A stretch of DNA of 64,000 nt from an uncultured Clostridium sp. (GTDB taxonomy: Bacteria; Bacillota; Clostridia; TANB77; CAG-508), in contig CANEEJ010000004.1 in NCBI GenBank assembly GCA_947426525.1, forward strand, positions 2,225 through 66,224, read 5' to 3'. How positions within the stretch are numbered: position 1 is the first letter of the stretch; each line of letters begins with the position of its first letter. Position numbers and translations under genes: made by a program. Shown in pieces: positions 1 to 10,807 of this stretch. The notes beneath the pieces are model-generated. The model did no database searches. It was not told where the DNA came from and was given only the letters and a program-made list of their open reading frames with translations.

Positions 1-676
1 AATATTGCGTAATCGTTACACCATATTTTTTACTTTCTTTTTTTAAATCTTCCAGATCAATTATTTCATGTATGGCACTAACTGCTCCTAATGGTATTTT
101 TGCTCCTTTCAAAGCATAAGCTTTTTTTCCAGAAGCATTTGATTTTGCCTTTTTATCATAGTTTTTCATATAGCTATCTTCTGCATTGTAATCATTTTCA
201 ATTTTTCGAACTCTTCGTTCTTCTTCATCCAAATCCTCTGGATACATTAACTCTAAATACGTATAAATAATTTCTTTAAAAAAAGTTGCCCCACTATTGC
301 CATCTGTCAAAGAATGAAAAATCTCTATATTAACTTTGTTTTCAAAATATGTTACTTTAAATAAATAATTATTATTTCGTCTACTATCAATATACTGACA
401 AGGATAATCTTGTTCTTCCTCTATTTTAGGCATTTTCTGATTTTCCTCTAAATAATACCAAAAAAATCCTGGCTTCATCCTAACTTTAAAAAATGGATAT
501 TTCTCTAATGCCTGTTTTACTGCTTCCTCCAACACATTTGGTTCTATCTTCTCTTTTAGAACCGCCGATAAACGAAACACTGTACTATACTTCTTTCCCG
601 TAGAAATCGGAAAAATCTTAGCAGAATTATCTAACTTCCTCCAGTGTAGTCTGGTATTTTCTTTTTTCTTCTTCAT
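1..676 (-). CDS. condensation-domain-like acyltransferase (alcohol acetyltransferase family), 3' end outside window
   Basis: Absent from the ORF track because it runs off the window. ATG at 676 follows AAGGAGAG. Own translation MKKKKENTRLHWRKLDNSAKIFPISTGKK... stays open to nt 1 and contains HSLTDGNSG (HxxxDG motif). Confidence 0.6.
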   Translation of the reverse strand, partial: MKKKKENTRLHWRKLDNSAKIFPISTGKKYSTVFRLSAVLKEKIEPNVLEEAVKQALEKYPFFKVRMKPGFFWYYLEENQKMPKIEEEQDYPCQYIDSRRNNNYLFKVTYFENKVNIEIFHSLTDGNSGATFFKEIIYTYLELMYPEDLDEEERRVRKIENDYNAEDSYMKNYDKKAKSNASGKKAYALKGAKIPLGAVSAIHEIIDLEDLKKESKKYGVTITQY

Positions 677-690
677 TCTTTTCTCTCCTT

Positions 691-782
691 TGTCGTAATT
701 TGGGACAGGCACCTAATGCGACATTCTGTCGTGTTTTGGGACAGGCACCTAATGCGACACTTTGTCGTGTTTTGGGACAGGT
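691..782. repeat. tandem ~36-bp repeat (2.5 copies), unit TGTCGTGTTTTGGGACAGGCACCTAATGCGACAC
   Basis: Direct reading gives copies at 691-726, 727-762 and a partial copy at 763-782. Unit junctions form GCGACA/TGTCGT hairpins. Confidence 0.9.
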
Positions 783-788
783 ATCGAG

Positions 789-1619
789 CTAGACATTTTG
801 TCCCATTAGTTTGACCATAGCAATAATCTCTTGGTAGCCTTGTTCTTGCAATTTCTGTGTGCTATTTTTCTCAATAAACCAAATGTGACCTGCTTGTTCG
901 TATTCTTTTATTTCGATTGATGCACCTACTTTTTCTGCTCTTTGCTTTAATTCGTGCACATCTGGATTTAGTATATCATTTGTGCCTGTTAAAATCGTTA
1001 TGTTTTTTAATTTTGATAAGTCCCCATCAATTGGATTTACCTGATAACTATTTATGCCATCTTCTCCAGCATAGGCTAAACCAGCTAGTTTTAAAGTTTC
1101 TTTATTTAGTTGCTTATCTCTTTTTTGTACTTCTTCTATCTTAGGATTAGTTAGTCTTACATCTAACCATGGTGATATTAAGATGGTTTTGGCTGGCATA
1201 GGCAGATTTTCTTCTCCTATTTTTTCCTCTAAAGCTAATCCTAGACCTCCTCCTGCTGAATCCCCCATTAAAATCAGCTGGTTAACATCTACTTTGTTTA
1301 TGATTTCTTTGTATAATGGTTCTACCATTTGAAATACGTCTTTATAGTTGTATTTTGGTGCTAGTGGATAGTCTGGCAAGATGACAGTTGCCCCTGTATC
1401 ATTGACTATTTTTTCGATAAAGTCCCAATGCTGCTTGGTGGCTTCTGCTACATAAGAACCACCATGAAAATATAGTATTTTTAAATCTGTTTTTTTCTCA
1501 TTTTTTGGCGTTATAATAAAGACATTTCGTCCCTTATATTGTTTCGTTTCTAATTCACAGACTTGATTTATTTCTTCTGGCACTTGCGTTTGTATGTCTA
1601 CTATCCAATAGTATGTCAA
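789..1619 (-). CDS. alpha/beta hydrolase, esterase/lipase (HSL-like)
   Basis: HGGSY oxyanion motif and GDSAGG nucleophile elbow. The N-terminal membrane anchor is encoded in frame upstream but lacks a start codon (see findings). Confidence 0.8.
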   Translation of the reverse strand: MTYYWIVDIQTQVPEEINQVCELETKQYKGRNVFIITPKNEKKTDLKILYFHGGSYVAEATKQHWDFIEKIVNDTGATVILPDYPLAPKYNYKDVFQMVEPLYKEIINKVDVNQLILMGDSAGGGLGLALEEKIGEENLPMPAKTILISPWLDVRLTNPKIEEVQKRDKQLNKETLKLAGLAYAGEDGINSYQVNPIDGDLSKLKNITILTGTNDILNPDVHELKQRAEKVGASIEIKEYEQAGHIWFIEKNSTQKLQEQGYQEIIAMVKLMGQNV

Positions 1620-1836
1620 AATGGATAAAGCTATTATTAAGATTCCACATAAGATACCGTAATATTATTTTTGCTGTTTTCATTTTCCTTAACCTCTTAA
1701 TTTTTTTTGTTATTTTATCATAGTTAAATAAAAAAATCTATATAAATTCTTCAAGAGTTTCTTAAGAATTTATATAGATTGAGGCAGGAAACATAGAAAA
1801 GTTTCCCACCTCATTTTAGTTCCTTGTTTTTTTAAC

Positions 1837-2346
1837 TTATAAAGTTTGTGTTTTCGCTAAAGAATGATTTTTATATCCCTTATCATAAGTAACTTCTTTT
1901 ATAACACTTATGAATTCCGGCAAGTCTACCTGCTTTTCTTCATTTGGTAATTCAATTTCAAGAATTGCCTTATCAGAAGAATACTCATAAATATCAATTT
2001 CTATTACCTGCCCTTTATATCCAAATACATATCGTATCTTTTGAATTGGGCTAAGTGCTACATCTGCCTCTTTTTTATAGTCTTCGTACTCGTTCTTTGT
2101 TAGTTTCCTTTCTTTTTCACGACGTTTTAATTCTGTTATTGTTATTTTTTCTGTATAATAATAACAACTCATTCCATCAACAGTCTGTTTTCTAATCCGA
2201 CGTTCCCCTTCTTTTGCTACCAGGTATATCTGCTCAATTTGAATTTCTTTTAAAATCCCTTGCGCATACTTCCGAATTACTTCTGGTTTAACCATGTTAA
2301 TCAGAAACTTTCTTTCAATTTCTAAGTTACTTTTTGCATTTTTCAT
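1837..2346 (-). CDS. CYTH-domain protein (triphosphatase/class IV cyclase-like)
   Basis: EIERKFL (ExExK) motif near the N-terminus. ATG at 2346 follows AGGATGAG; the track start 2376 is probably an over-extension. Confidence 0.7.
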   Translation of the reverse strand: MKNAKSNLEIERKFLINMVKPEVIRKYAQGILKEIQIEQIYLVAKEGERRIRKQTVDGMSCYYYTEKITITELKRREKERKLTKNEYEDYKKEADVALSPIQKIRYVFGYKGQVIEIDIYEYSSDKAILEIELPNEEKQVDLPEFISVIKEVTYDKGYKNHSLAKTQTL

Positions 2347-2482
2347 AGTTTTCTCATCCTTTCCTTTGCAGTGCAAATTACGAAATTTCTTTACTAATAG
2401 CTTTTGCTATTTATGTTACATAGCTATTATAGCACTTTCTACCTAATTTTGTAAAGGATTGCCAAAACTATATTAACAATTT

Positions 2483-3640
2483 TTATCCAAATAACCCACG
2501 TTTTTTAATTGGTGGTTGTTCATTCATCGTCCTAGCCAATTGCGCTAATAAATCTCTTTGCTCTTTGGTTAATTTTTTTGGAGTTTGAACGATTACTGTA
2601 AAAACAAAATCTCCTACGCTACTTGAGTTAACTGATTTAAATCCCTTATTACGAAGCGTAAATTTGGTTCCTGTTTGTGTCCCTTCTGGAATTTTATAAG
2701 TTTCTTTTGAACCATCAACCATTGGTATTTCTAAGTCTGCTCCTAACGTTGCTTGGGTAATAGTAATTGGAACTTCACACAACACATTATTTCCTTTTCT
2801 TGTATAAATACTATGTCTTTTAATTCTAACTGTTATATATAAATCTCCTTTTGGTCCACCTTTTTCTCCTGGTTCACCTTCGCCACGTAGCACTACTGTT
2901 TGATTATCATCAATTCCAGCAGGAATTTTTACTTTTATTTTTGGTTGTTTTCTAATCGTTCCTTTTCCATGGCAATGTTCACATGGTTCTTTGATAATTT
3001 CTCCTGTTCCATGACATGTACCACAAGTTCTTCTTGTTTGCATTTGTCCTAAAATAGTATTTTGCACTTGTGTAACTTGACCTGTTCCATTACATGTTGT
3101 ACATTTCATTTTGGAAGTACCAGGTTTTGCACCTGTTCCATGACAATTATCACAAGTATCGTTTCTGGTAATAATTACTTCTTTTTCAACTCCTAAAAAA
3201 GCTTGCTCAAAAGTAATATCCATATTCAAATTCAAATCTGCACCTTTTTTAGGTCCTGATTGTCTTCTAGATGAATTTCTTCCTCCAAATCCACCACCAA
3301 AGAAAGAGGAGAAAATATCTCCTAAATCTCCAAAGTCGCCAAAGTCTGATGTACTATAAGAATAATATCCTCCTTGTCCTCCAAAAGGTCCTCCTGCTCC
3401 ACCGAATCCTTGTGGTCCATCATGTCCAAATTGGTCATACATTCTTCTTTTTTGTGGGTCCGATAAATTCTCATATGCTTCATTTACTTCTTTAAATTTT
3501 GCTTCGGCTTCCGCTTTATTATCTGGATTTGCATCTGGATGGTATTTTTTTGCTAATTTTCGATAAGCTTTTTTTAACTCATCATCAGTTGCACTTTTAT
3601 TTACTCCTAATACTTCGTAATAGTCTCTTTTGCTTGCCAT
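2483..3640 (-). CDS. dnaJ: chaperone DnaJ
   Basis: J-domain with HPD, a G/F region, four CxxCxGxG repeats, and operon context. Confidence 0.97.
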   Translation of the reverse strand: MASKRDYYEVLGVNKSATDDELKKAYRKLAKKYHPDANPDNKAEAEAKFKEVNEAYENLSDPQKRRMYDQFGHDGPQGFGGAGGPFGGQGGYYSYSTSDFGDFGDLGDIFSSFFGGGFGGRNSSRRQSGPKKGADLNLNMDITFEQAFLGVEKEVIITRNDTCDNCHGTGAKPGTSKMKCTTCNGTGQVTQVQNTILGQMQTRRTCGTCHGTGEIIKEPCEHCHGKGTIRKQPKIKVKIPAGIDDNQTVVLRGEGEPGEKGGPKGDLYITVRIKRHSIYTRKGNNVLCEVPITITQATLGADLEIPMVDGSKETYKIPEGTQTGTKFTLRNKGFKSVNSSSVGDFVFTVIVQTPKKLTKEQRDLLAQLARTMNEQPPIKKRGLFG

Positions 3641-3660
3641 TTTTTCTTTCCTCCTAAATC

Positions 3661-3704
3661 GGGATTTGAGGGACGCCCCTTAAAATCCCTCTTTTAAGGA
3701 TTTT
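3661..3704 (-). promoter_or_regulatory. mutually exclusive hairpins in the dnaJ leader
   Basis: GGGATTT (3661-67) and GGATTTT (3698-3704) can each pair with AAAATCCC (3682-89). The element ends a few nt from the dnaJ RBS, and the loop contains GAGGGACG. Confidence 0.45.
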
Positions 3705-3730
3705 AGGTACATTCCTTCTTTTTACTGAAT

Positions 3731-4087
3731 TTATTTTTCTTTATTTTCTCTTTCATAGTCTCTATTCATATTCGTATTATGTTTTTGAATATAGGCATTT
3801 GAAAACTCTTCTGACGATATATTCAATCGATTTAAAACCTCCATGTAATACATTTGTACATCTGTCATTTCCTCTACAAATCGATTTCTAACGTCCTGAT
3901 TTTCCATAATCTCATTAATTCCTTTTTTCTTGATGATAGAAATGCATTCTCCAATTTCTTCAATCATATATAATATATGATTTTTAGCATATTGCGGTTC
4001 TCTGTCGCCCCATTTATCTTTGTTTCTTTCATACAATTCTAATTGCATTTTCTGCATTTCAGATATGGTTAAATTTTTTTCTGACAT
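3731..4087 (-). CDS. MazG-like nucleotide pyrophosphohydrolase (small all-alpha NTP-PPase)
   Basis: 118 aa with an EEIGE..(x)..E..D pattern (MIEEIGECISII, VEEMTDVQMY) typical of MazG/dUTPase-like dimeric PPases. Confidence 0.55.
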   Translation of the reverse strand: MSEKNLTISEMQKMQLELYERNKDKWGDREPQYAKNHILYMIEEIGECISIIKKKGINEIMENQDVRNRFVEEMTDVQMYYMEVLNRLNISSEEFSNAYIQKHNTNMNRDYERENKEK

Positions 4088-4168
4088 AAATAGCTTCTCC
4101 TTAACTTTAAAAAATTGCCAATGGTTCCGAAGTTGCCATTTAACTCCGGAACCGTTGGCAACATTTAC

Positions 4169-6013
<1,845 letters not shown>

Positions 6014-6038
6014 TTAAAAAATCCTCCCTTTTGCTTTT

Positions 6039-6146
6039 TGATGATTTTGGGGACGGAGGAAAAAATCATCATTATATTATTTTATCCTAATATAAATATA
6101 TATTTTTTCTTCATGATGATTTTTTCCTCCGTCCCCAAAATCATCA
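6039..6146. repeat. 33-bp perfect inverted repeat with a 42-nt AT-rich spacer in the grpE-dnaK intergenic region
   Basis: Arm 6039-6071 (TGATGATTTTGGGGACGGAGGAAAAAATCATCA) is the exact reverse complement of 6114-6146. Each arm is also an internal hairpin. Confidence 0.9.
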
Positions 6147-6167
6147 TGTTTAAATTTAATAACTTAT

Positions 6168-6665
6168 TTAGTTGGCTACTACTACCATTGAGTGTCGAAT
6201 TACTCTACTTCCAATCTTGTAGCCTTTTCTATATTCCCCAGCAATTTCTTTTTCTCCTAAGTTTTCATCTTGAATGCTACTTACTGCTTCATGAAGTTCT
6301 GGATCAAAAGTTTCTCCTACTGTTTTTATTTCTTCTACTCCTTTTGCTGCTAATACATCTTTAAATTGTTTTAGTACAAGTTCTACTCCTTTTTTGTATT
6401 CTTCATCTGCTGTTTCTACTTTTGCCGCATTTTCTAAATTGTCTACTACTGGAAGAATGACTTCTACTACATCTGATAGAATAGAGTTATACATACTTTC
6501 TCTTTCTTTGCTGCTTCTTTTTTTGAAGTTTTCAAATTCTGCTAATATTCTTTTATATCTATCATCTAATTCTTCATAGTCTTGTTTTGGCACCATTTCT
6601 TTGGTATTTTCCATTTCTTGTTTTTCTTCTAAATTTTCTTTGTTTTCTTTTTCCTTTTCTGCCAT
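6168..6665 (-). CDS. grpE: nucleotide exchange factor GrpE
   Basis: GrpE-like C-terminus (FDPELHEAV...) and operon context. ATG at 6665 follows GGAAAGAGAG; the track start 6701 overlaps hrcA. Confidence 0.93.
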   Translation of the reverse strand: MAEKEKENKENLEEKQEMENTKEMVPKQDYEELDDRYKRILAEFENFKKRSSKERESMYNSILSDVVEVILPVVDNLENAAKVETADEEYKKGVELVLKQFKDVLAAKGVEEIKTVGETFDPELHEAVSSIQDENLGEKEIAGEYRKGYKIGSRVIRHSMVVVAN

Positions 6666-6693
6666 TTTTTCACACTCTCTTTCCTTTTTTATA

Positions 6694-7722
6694 TTAGTCA
6701 AATTCTTTTAGTTTCTTATTAATATATTTCATAACAGAAATAACTTTTGAATAATCCATTCTTTTCGGTCCAATAATCCCAATTGTTCCTAAATCTCTAC
6801 CATTTACTTTATGTTTAAAGGTAACTACACTAAAATCTTTTAATTCTTGCTTTTCGTTTTCTTCTCCTATATACACATTGATATCTTCCGCAAAACCTGA
6901 GTTTAACATGTCTGCTACTAATTCTTTTGTGTCTAATATGTTGATAAAATTTTTGGCAACTTCTAGGCTATTGAATTCTGGCAAGTCAAATGATTTGTTA
7001 GTTCCCTCTAAATAAATTTTATTTTCTTCTTCTAAGACTTTTTTTATTTGTTCTATGATTGGCTTGATAACATTTACACTATATGTCATTTCATCATACA
7101 AGTATTCTTCCAATGGTCTATCTATGGTTTCGATTGGCTGATTTTTTAATTTGTTATTAAACATATAGTTCATAGTTTCTACTTGCTTTTCGTTGATATC
7201 TTCGTCAAATTTGATAATTGTTTCTTTGACTAACCCAGTATCTGTTAAAATAACTGCCATCATCATTCTTGTTCCTAATAAGACAAATTTGATTTCTTCG
7301 ATTAGTTGTGTGGTTGTTTTAGGTCCTATGGAAACTGCCGTATAATGTGTAACTTCTGATATAGTATTAGCTGTTATTTGGGTTAAGTCTTCAATTTCAT
7401 TTACTTTGGTTTCTAATTTTGAACTGATGTATTTTATTTCTTCTCTGCTAATGTCATTATCATTTAAAAGTTCATCTACATAGTATCGATATCCTTTAGC
7501 TGATGGTATTCTTCCACTTGATGTATGCGTTTTATCTAAGAAACCACCTTTTTCTAGCTCTGACATTTCGTTTCTAATAGTTGCACTACTACATTCTAGT
7601 CCATGATTTTGTGTTAGGGCATTTGAGCTTACTGGCTCTGCTGTGTTGATATATTCTTCTACAATGGCTTGTAGAACTTTCTTTTTTCTTTCATCTAACA
7701 ACTTTTTCACCTCTTTTAGCAC
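6694..7722 (-). CDS. hrcA: heat-inducible transcription repressor HrcA
   Basis: N-terminal wHTH (ERKKKVLQAIVEEY...) and operon position. The true start is probably TTG at 7701 (GAGGTG RBS), since the track GTG at 7722 lies inside CIRCE. Confidence 0.93.
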   Translation of the reverse strand: MLKEVKKLLDERKKKVLQAIVEEYINTAEPVSSNALTQNHGLECSSATIRNEMSELEKGGFLDKTHTSSGRIPSAKGYRYYVDELLNDNDISREEIKYISSKLETKVNEIEDLTQITANTISEVTHYTAVSIGPKTTTQLIEEIKFVLLGTRMMMAVILTDTGLVKETIIKFDEDINEKQVETMNYMFNNKLKNQPIETIDRPLEEYLYDEMTYSVNVIKPIIEQIKKVLEEENKIYLEGTNKSFDLPEFNSLEVAKNFINILDTKELVADMLNSGFAEDINVYIGEENEKQELKDFSVVTFKHKVNGRDLGTIGIIGPKRMDYSKVISVMKYINKKLKEFD

Positions 7723-7742
7723 TCTTTTGTTTTGATTGCTAA
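7716..7742 (-). promoter_or_regulatory. CIRCE operator 1 (TTAGCACTC-N9-GATTGCTAA)
   Basis: Matches the consensus TTAGCACTC-N9-GAGTGCTAA with 2 mismatches and overlaps the hrcA RBS/start region. Confidence 0.85.
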
Positions 7743-7743
7743 C

Positions 7744-7792
7744 TTTCTATATATTATACCCATTTTTAGCACTTGTCAATACTCTCTGCTAA
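7744..7792 (-). promoter_or_regulatory. hrcA operon promoter with CIRCE operator 2 (7766-7792)
   Basis: The minus strand reads TTGACA-15 nt-TATAAT. TTAGCACTT-N9-CTCTGCTAA overlaps the -35 and spacer. Confidence 0.7.
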
Positions 7793-7881
7793 TTTTTTTG
7801 TGAATTTTTTGTGAACTTTTATCATTAGAATATTTTTCTTATATCTTGGTTATATTAAAAAAAACAAAAGGAGGAATTATA

Positions 7882-8310
7882 ATGGACAGTCCTGGTTATA
7901 TTTTAAACGAAATCAATAAAGGTATCAAAATGGGAATGGACTCTATTTCTAATGTTGCCGAAAAAGTGCAAGACGATAACTTCAAAAAAGATTTAAAATT
8001 TCAATATGACAAATATAATGATATTTTAAACAAGGTAAATACCCAATTAACAAACTATGATGATTTTCCTAAAGAATTAAATCCTATGCAAAAAGCGATG
8101 GGATGGATGAGTGTAGAATTTAATACCATGGAAGACAAAAGCACTTCTAAAATTGCAGAAATGATGCTTCAAGGTACCAACATGGGAATTATTAAAGGTG
8201 TTAAACTTTTAAACCATAACCCAACAGCTGATGAACCAGTTAAAAACATTTTAACAGAATTCGTTCAATTTCAAGAAGACACAGTAGAACAATTAAAAAA
8301 ATATCTATAA
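7882..8310 (+). CDS. hypothetical helical protein
   Basis: AGGAGG RBS precedes ATG at 7882. No motif recognised. Confidence 0.6.
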   Translation: MDSPGYILNEINKGIKMGMDSISNVAEKVQDDNFKKDLKFQYDKYNDILNKVNTQLTNYDDFPKELNPMQKAMGWMSVEFNTMEDKSTSKIAEMMLQGTNMGIIKGVKLLNHNPTADEPVKNILTEFVQFQEDTVEQLKKYL

Positions 8311-8357
8311 GTTTATAGAAGGATTTAGGCTTATTACCTAAATTCTTCTACTATTAT

Positions 8358-8900
8358 TTATATTTCTTCTTCTACGTCTAATAAAGAAAATACATCTTTA
8401 TCTTGGTTTAAGGCTACAATATTCATAACTACACCTTTTCCTACTACGTTCCCGCCTAATTTCTTAATTGCACTTTCAATGGCAGTTATTGTATTTCCAG
8501 TCGCATAAATATCATCTATAATATAAAAATTTTTATTCTCATAGACTTCATTTACTAACTTTGGCAGCTCCAATTGATCTTTTCCATATTCTTTTTCATA
8601 ATTAAATGTACATGCTACTGTTGTTGGTGGCAATTTTCCCTTTTTTCGAACTGGTAAACAGCCTATTTTCAACTGATTTGCAACAGCTGTTCCAAATAAA
8701 AATCCTCTTGCTTCTGGTGCTACAATGTAATTAATTTCTTTATTTTTCACTTCTTTTGTTAGTTTTTCTATAATCTCATTTAGTGTTTCTTTTTGCATAA
8801 TTAATGGTGTAATATCAATAAACTCAATTCCTTCAATTGGATAATTTTTTTGGGTTCTTATATTTAATTCACTTTCTAAATTATTTTTTAATAGTTTCAT
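8358..8900 (-). CDS. apt: adenine phosphoribosyltransferase
   Basis: APEARGF...PVRKKGKLP and the PRPP-binding motif IIDDIYATGNT. Confidence 0.85.
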   Translation of the reverse strand: MKLLKNNLESELNIRTQKNYPIEGIEFIDITPLIMQKETLNEIIEKLTKEVKNKEINYIVAPEARGFLFGTAVANQLKIGCLPVRKKGKLPPTTVACTFNYEKEYGKDQLELPKLVNEVYENKNFYIIDDIYATGNTITAIESAIKKLGGNVVGKGVVMNIVALNQDKDVFSLLDVEEEI

Positions 8901-9663
8901 TTTTACTCTCCTTCAAAATTTCAAAAAATCTTTTTTCCTTTTCTTCTAACTCTTGTGAATCTCTAAATTCTATCTTTCCTTCTCCATCATATAACAAATT
9001 ATTTTCTTCTAATATACTTTTCAGGTGCATAGCTAAACTGGGAGCTCCATTAAAAAATCGAACTTGTCCTAATATTTCTTCAATCTCTTTTTGAATTAAT
9101 GGATAATGCGTACAGCCTAACACTACATTTTTTACTTTCTCCCTATATGTACCAAGATTTTCCTCTAAATATCTCTTAATTTCCGCTTTATTACCACTCT
9201 CGATTCTATCTGCTAGTCCTACACAAGGTAAAAGCATCGTTTTTTGATTATTATATCTTTTTAATAATAAATTAAATTTTTCACTTTGAATCGTTCCTTT
9301 TGTTGCCATAACCAAAGTAGGTTTGTCATAAGCATAATCATAAACCATTTTATAAGCTGGCTCTATTGCTACAAATAATATTTGCGGATATTTTTTTCTT
9401 AAATATTTCACAGCTTTAGCACTTGCTGTGTTGCAAGCTATTACAATTGCTTTACATCCTTCTTCTATTAATTGTTGTGTAATTTTATCACATAATTGTT
9501 TTATCTCTTTATCTGTTTTATCGCCATAGGGATTGTTTTTAGAATCACTATAATAAATATAATTCTCTTCTGGTAATACTTTAATAATTTCTCGTAAGAC
9601 CGTTACACCACCTATTCCCGAGTCAAAAACCCCTATTTTTCCATTTTGTTTCATTTGTTTCAC
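8881..9663 (-). CDS. murI: glutamate racemase
   Basis: FDSGIGG, ACNTASA and GCTHYP motifs. Confidence 0.92.
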   Translation of the reverse strand: MKQMKQNGKIGVFDSGIGGVTVLREIIKVLPEENYIYYSDSKNNPYGDKTDKEIKQLCDKITQQLIEEGCKAIVIACNTASAKAVKYLRKKYPQILFVAIEPAYKMVYDYAYDKPTLVMATKGTIQSEKFNLLLKRYNNQKTMLLPCVGLADRIESGNKAEIKRYLEENLGTYREKVKNVVLGCTHYPLIQKEIEEILGQVRFFNGAPSLAMHLKSILEENNLLYDGEGKIEFRDSQELEEKEKRFFEILKESKNETIKK

Positions 9664-9672
9664 CTTTCTTTT

Positions 9673-9754
9673 GAGACACTGGGGACAGTCCTTTAGTGTC
9701 TCATTTTTGGGATAGCATTATGCCCTTTTTGTGAGACACTAAGGGACTGTCCCT
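9673..9754. repeat. GAGACACT/GGGAC hairpin elements (2 copies)
   Basis: GAGACACT-GGGGACAGTCCTTT-AGTGTCTC at 9673-9702, and GAGACACT-AAGGGACTGTCCCT at 9733-9754. Confidence 0.85.
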
Positions 9755-9765
9755 CAATCCCTGTT

Positions 9766-10386
9766 TTATCTTATAAAATTTGTTGTTGCGATTGGCTCAT
9801 TTTTTGGTAATTCTATTCCTGCTTTTTTTCCAGCTTCAATTGATTTTAATAACCATGCCATATTATTTCCTAGTGTCCTCATCGTTTGCATTCCTTCTTC
9901 ATCTTTTAGAACATCTTCTGGCTTGCTTCCATGCACCATATTCCAATATTGAGAAGATACAATTGGCATATTGCTAATTCCAAAATATTTATTGATTTCA
10001 TCTAAAGTTGCTGTTGCTCCACCTCTTCTACAACTTGCTACTGCTGATGCTGGCTTATTGCTAAATAAATTTCTTCTTCCATAAAATACACGATCCATAA
10101 AAGAAGATAACATACCTGAACTTGCTGCAAAGTGCACAGGGGTTCCAAATATAAATCCATCTGTTTGAGGTACTTTTTCTAAAAATTCATTGACTTTATC
10201 TTGGACAAAACATTCTCCTGTTTTTAAACAATTTCCACATCCTATACATCCTGCTACTGGCTTATTTCCTAACCAAAAGATTTCTGTTTGAATCCCATTT
10301 TTGTTTAACGTAGCTTCCACTTCTTTTAGTGCAGTATAAGTACATCCTTTTTCATGTGGACTTCCATTTACTAATATTACTTTCAT
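9766..10386 (-). CDS. flavodoxin-like FMN reductase / iron-sulfur flavoprotein
   Basis: MKVILVNGSPH...GCT N-terminus and a CIGCGNCLKTGEC cysteine cluster. Confidence 0.7.
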   Translation of the reverse strand: MKVILVNGSPHEKGCTYTALKEVEATLNKNGIQTEIFWLGNKPVAGCIGCGNCLKTGECFVQDKVNEFLEKVPQTDGFIFGTPVHFAASSGMLSSFMDRVFYGRRNLFSNKPASAVASCRRGGATATLDEINKYFGISNMPIVSSQYWNMVHGSKPEDVLKDEEGMQTMRTLGNNMAWLLKSIEAGKKAGIELPKNEPIATTNFIR

Positions 10387-10541
10387 CTTTTCTCCTTCCC
10401 AATGTTTTTTATATTCTAATTATATTACTTTTTGCTTCAATTGTATACCCATAATTTGATTTAAGTCTCGACTTTTTTGAAAGCGAAGGTTGAAATAATC
10501 GGAAAAGAACACTTTTGTTTTCACAAAAGTGCTCTTTTTCC

Positions 10542-10727
10542 CTATTTATCTTCTAACCGGAATATTTTATATGTCTTTTTTCCAGTTTCTTTTTCTTCTG
10601 TTTCTTCCACTTTGTACTCTAACCGCCATGGAACAAGTGCTTTTATTGCTAAAGCTAATACCAATATAGCAATCCAAAGTGGTTCTATGTCTAGTAAGTA
10701 ACAAAATTCTTTGATACTTTCTAACAT
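10542..10727 (-). CDS. small membrane protein
   Basis: GGAGGA RBS precedes ATG at 10727. One hydrophobic helix (LWIAILVLALAIKALV). Confidence 0.5.
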   Translation of the reverse strand: MLESIKEFCYLLDIEPLWIAILVLALAIKALVPWRLEYKVEETEEKETGKKTYKIFRLEDK

Positions 10728-10807
10728 ATTTTTCCTCCTTTTACAAGGTTTGATTTTATTATATCGCATTTTTAGTTTTATGTCAATTAGCCTTTCTTAA
10801 TCTCAAT

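Noticed and set aside
691-782. Possible CRISPR array (repeated 36-bp units) and other repeat clusters at 9.7 and 15.1 kb.
   Set aside because: The units are directly adjacent with no unique spacers, there are only 2-3 copies, and no cas genes are in the window.
917-1144. Many plus-strand ORFs in the track that lie antisense to strongly supported minus-strand genes. Examples are 917-1144, 3271-3495, 4624-4851, 6038-6364, 12842-13414, 14188-14694, 24472-25265, 26452-26907, 27058-28052, 31858-32647, 41297-41653, 50532-50948, 52767-53197 and 60381-60770.
   Set aside because: Their translations are low-complexity Leu/Phe/Ser/Ile-rich, typical of antisense reading of AT-rich genes. They have no RBS, and each overlaps a gene with clear family motifs.
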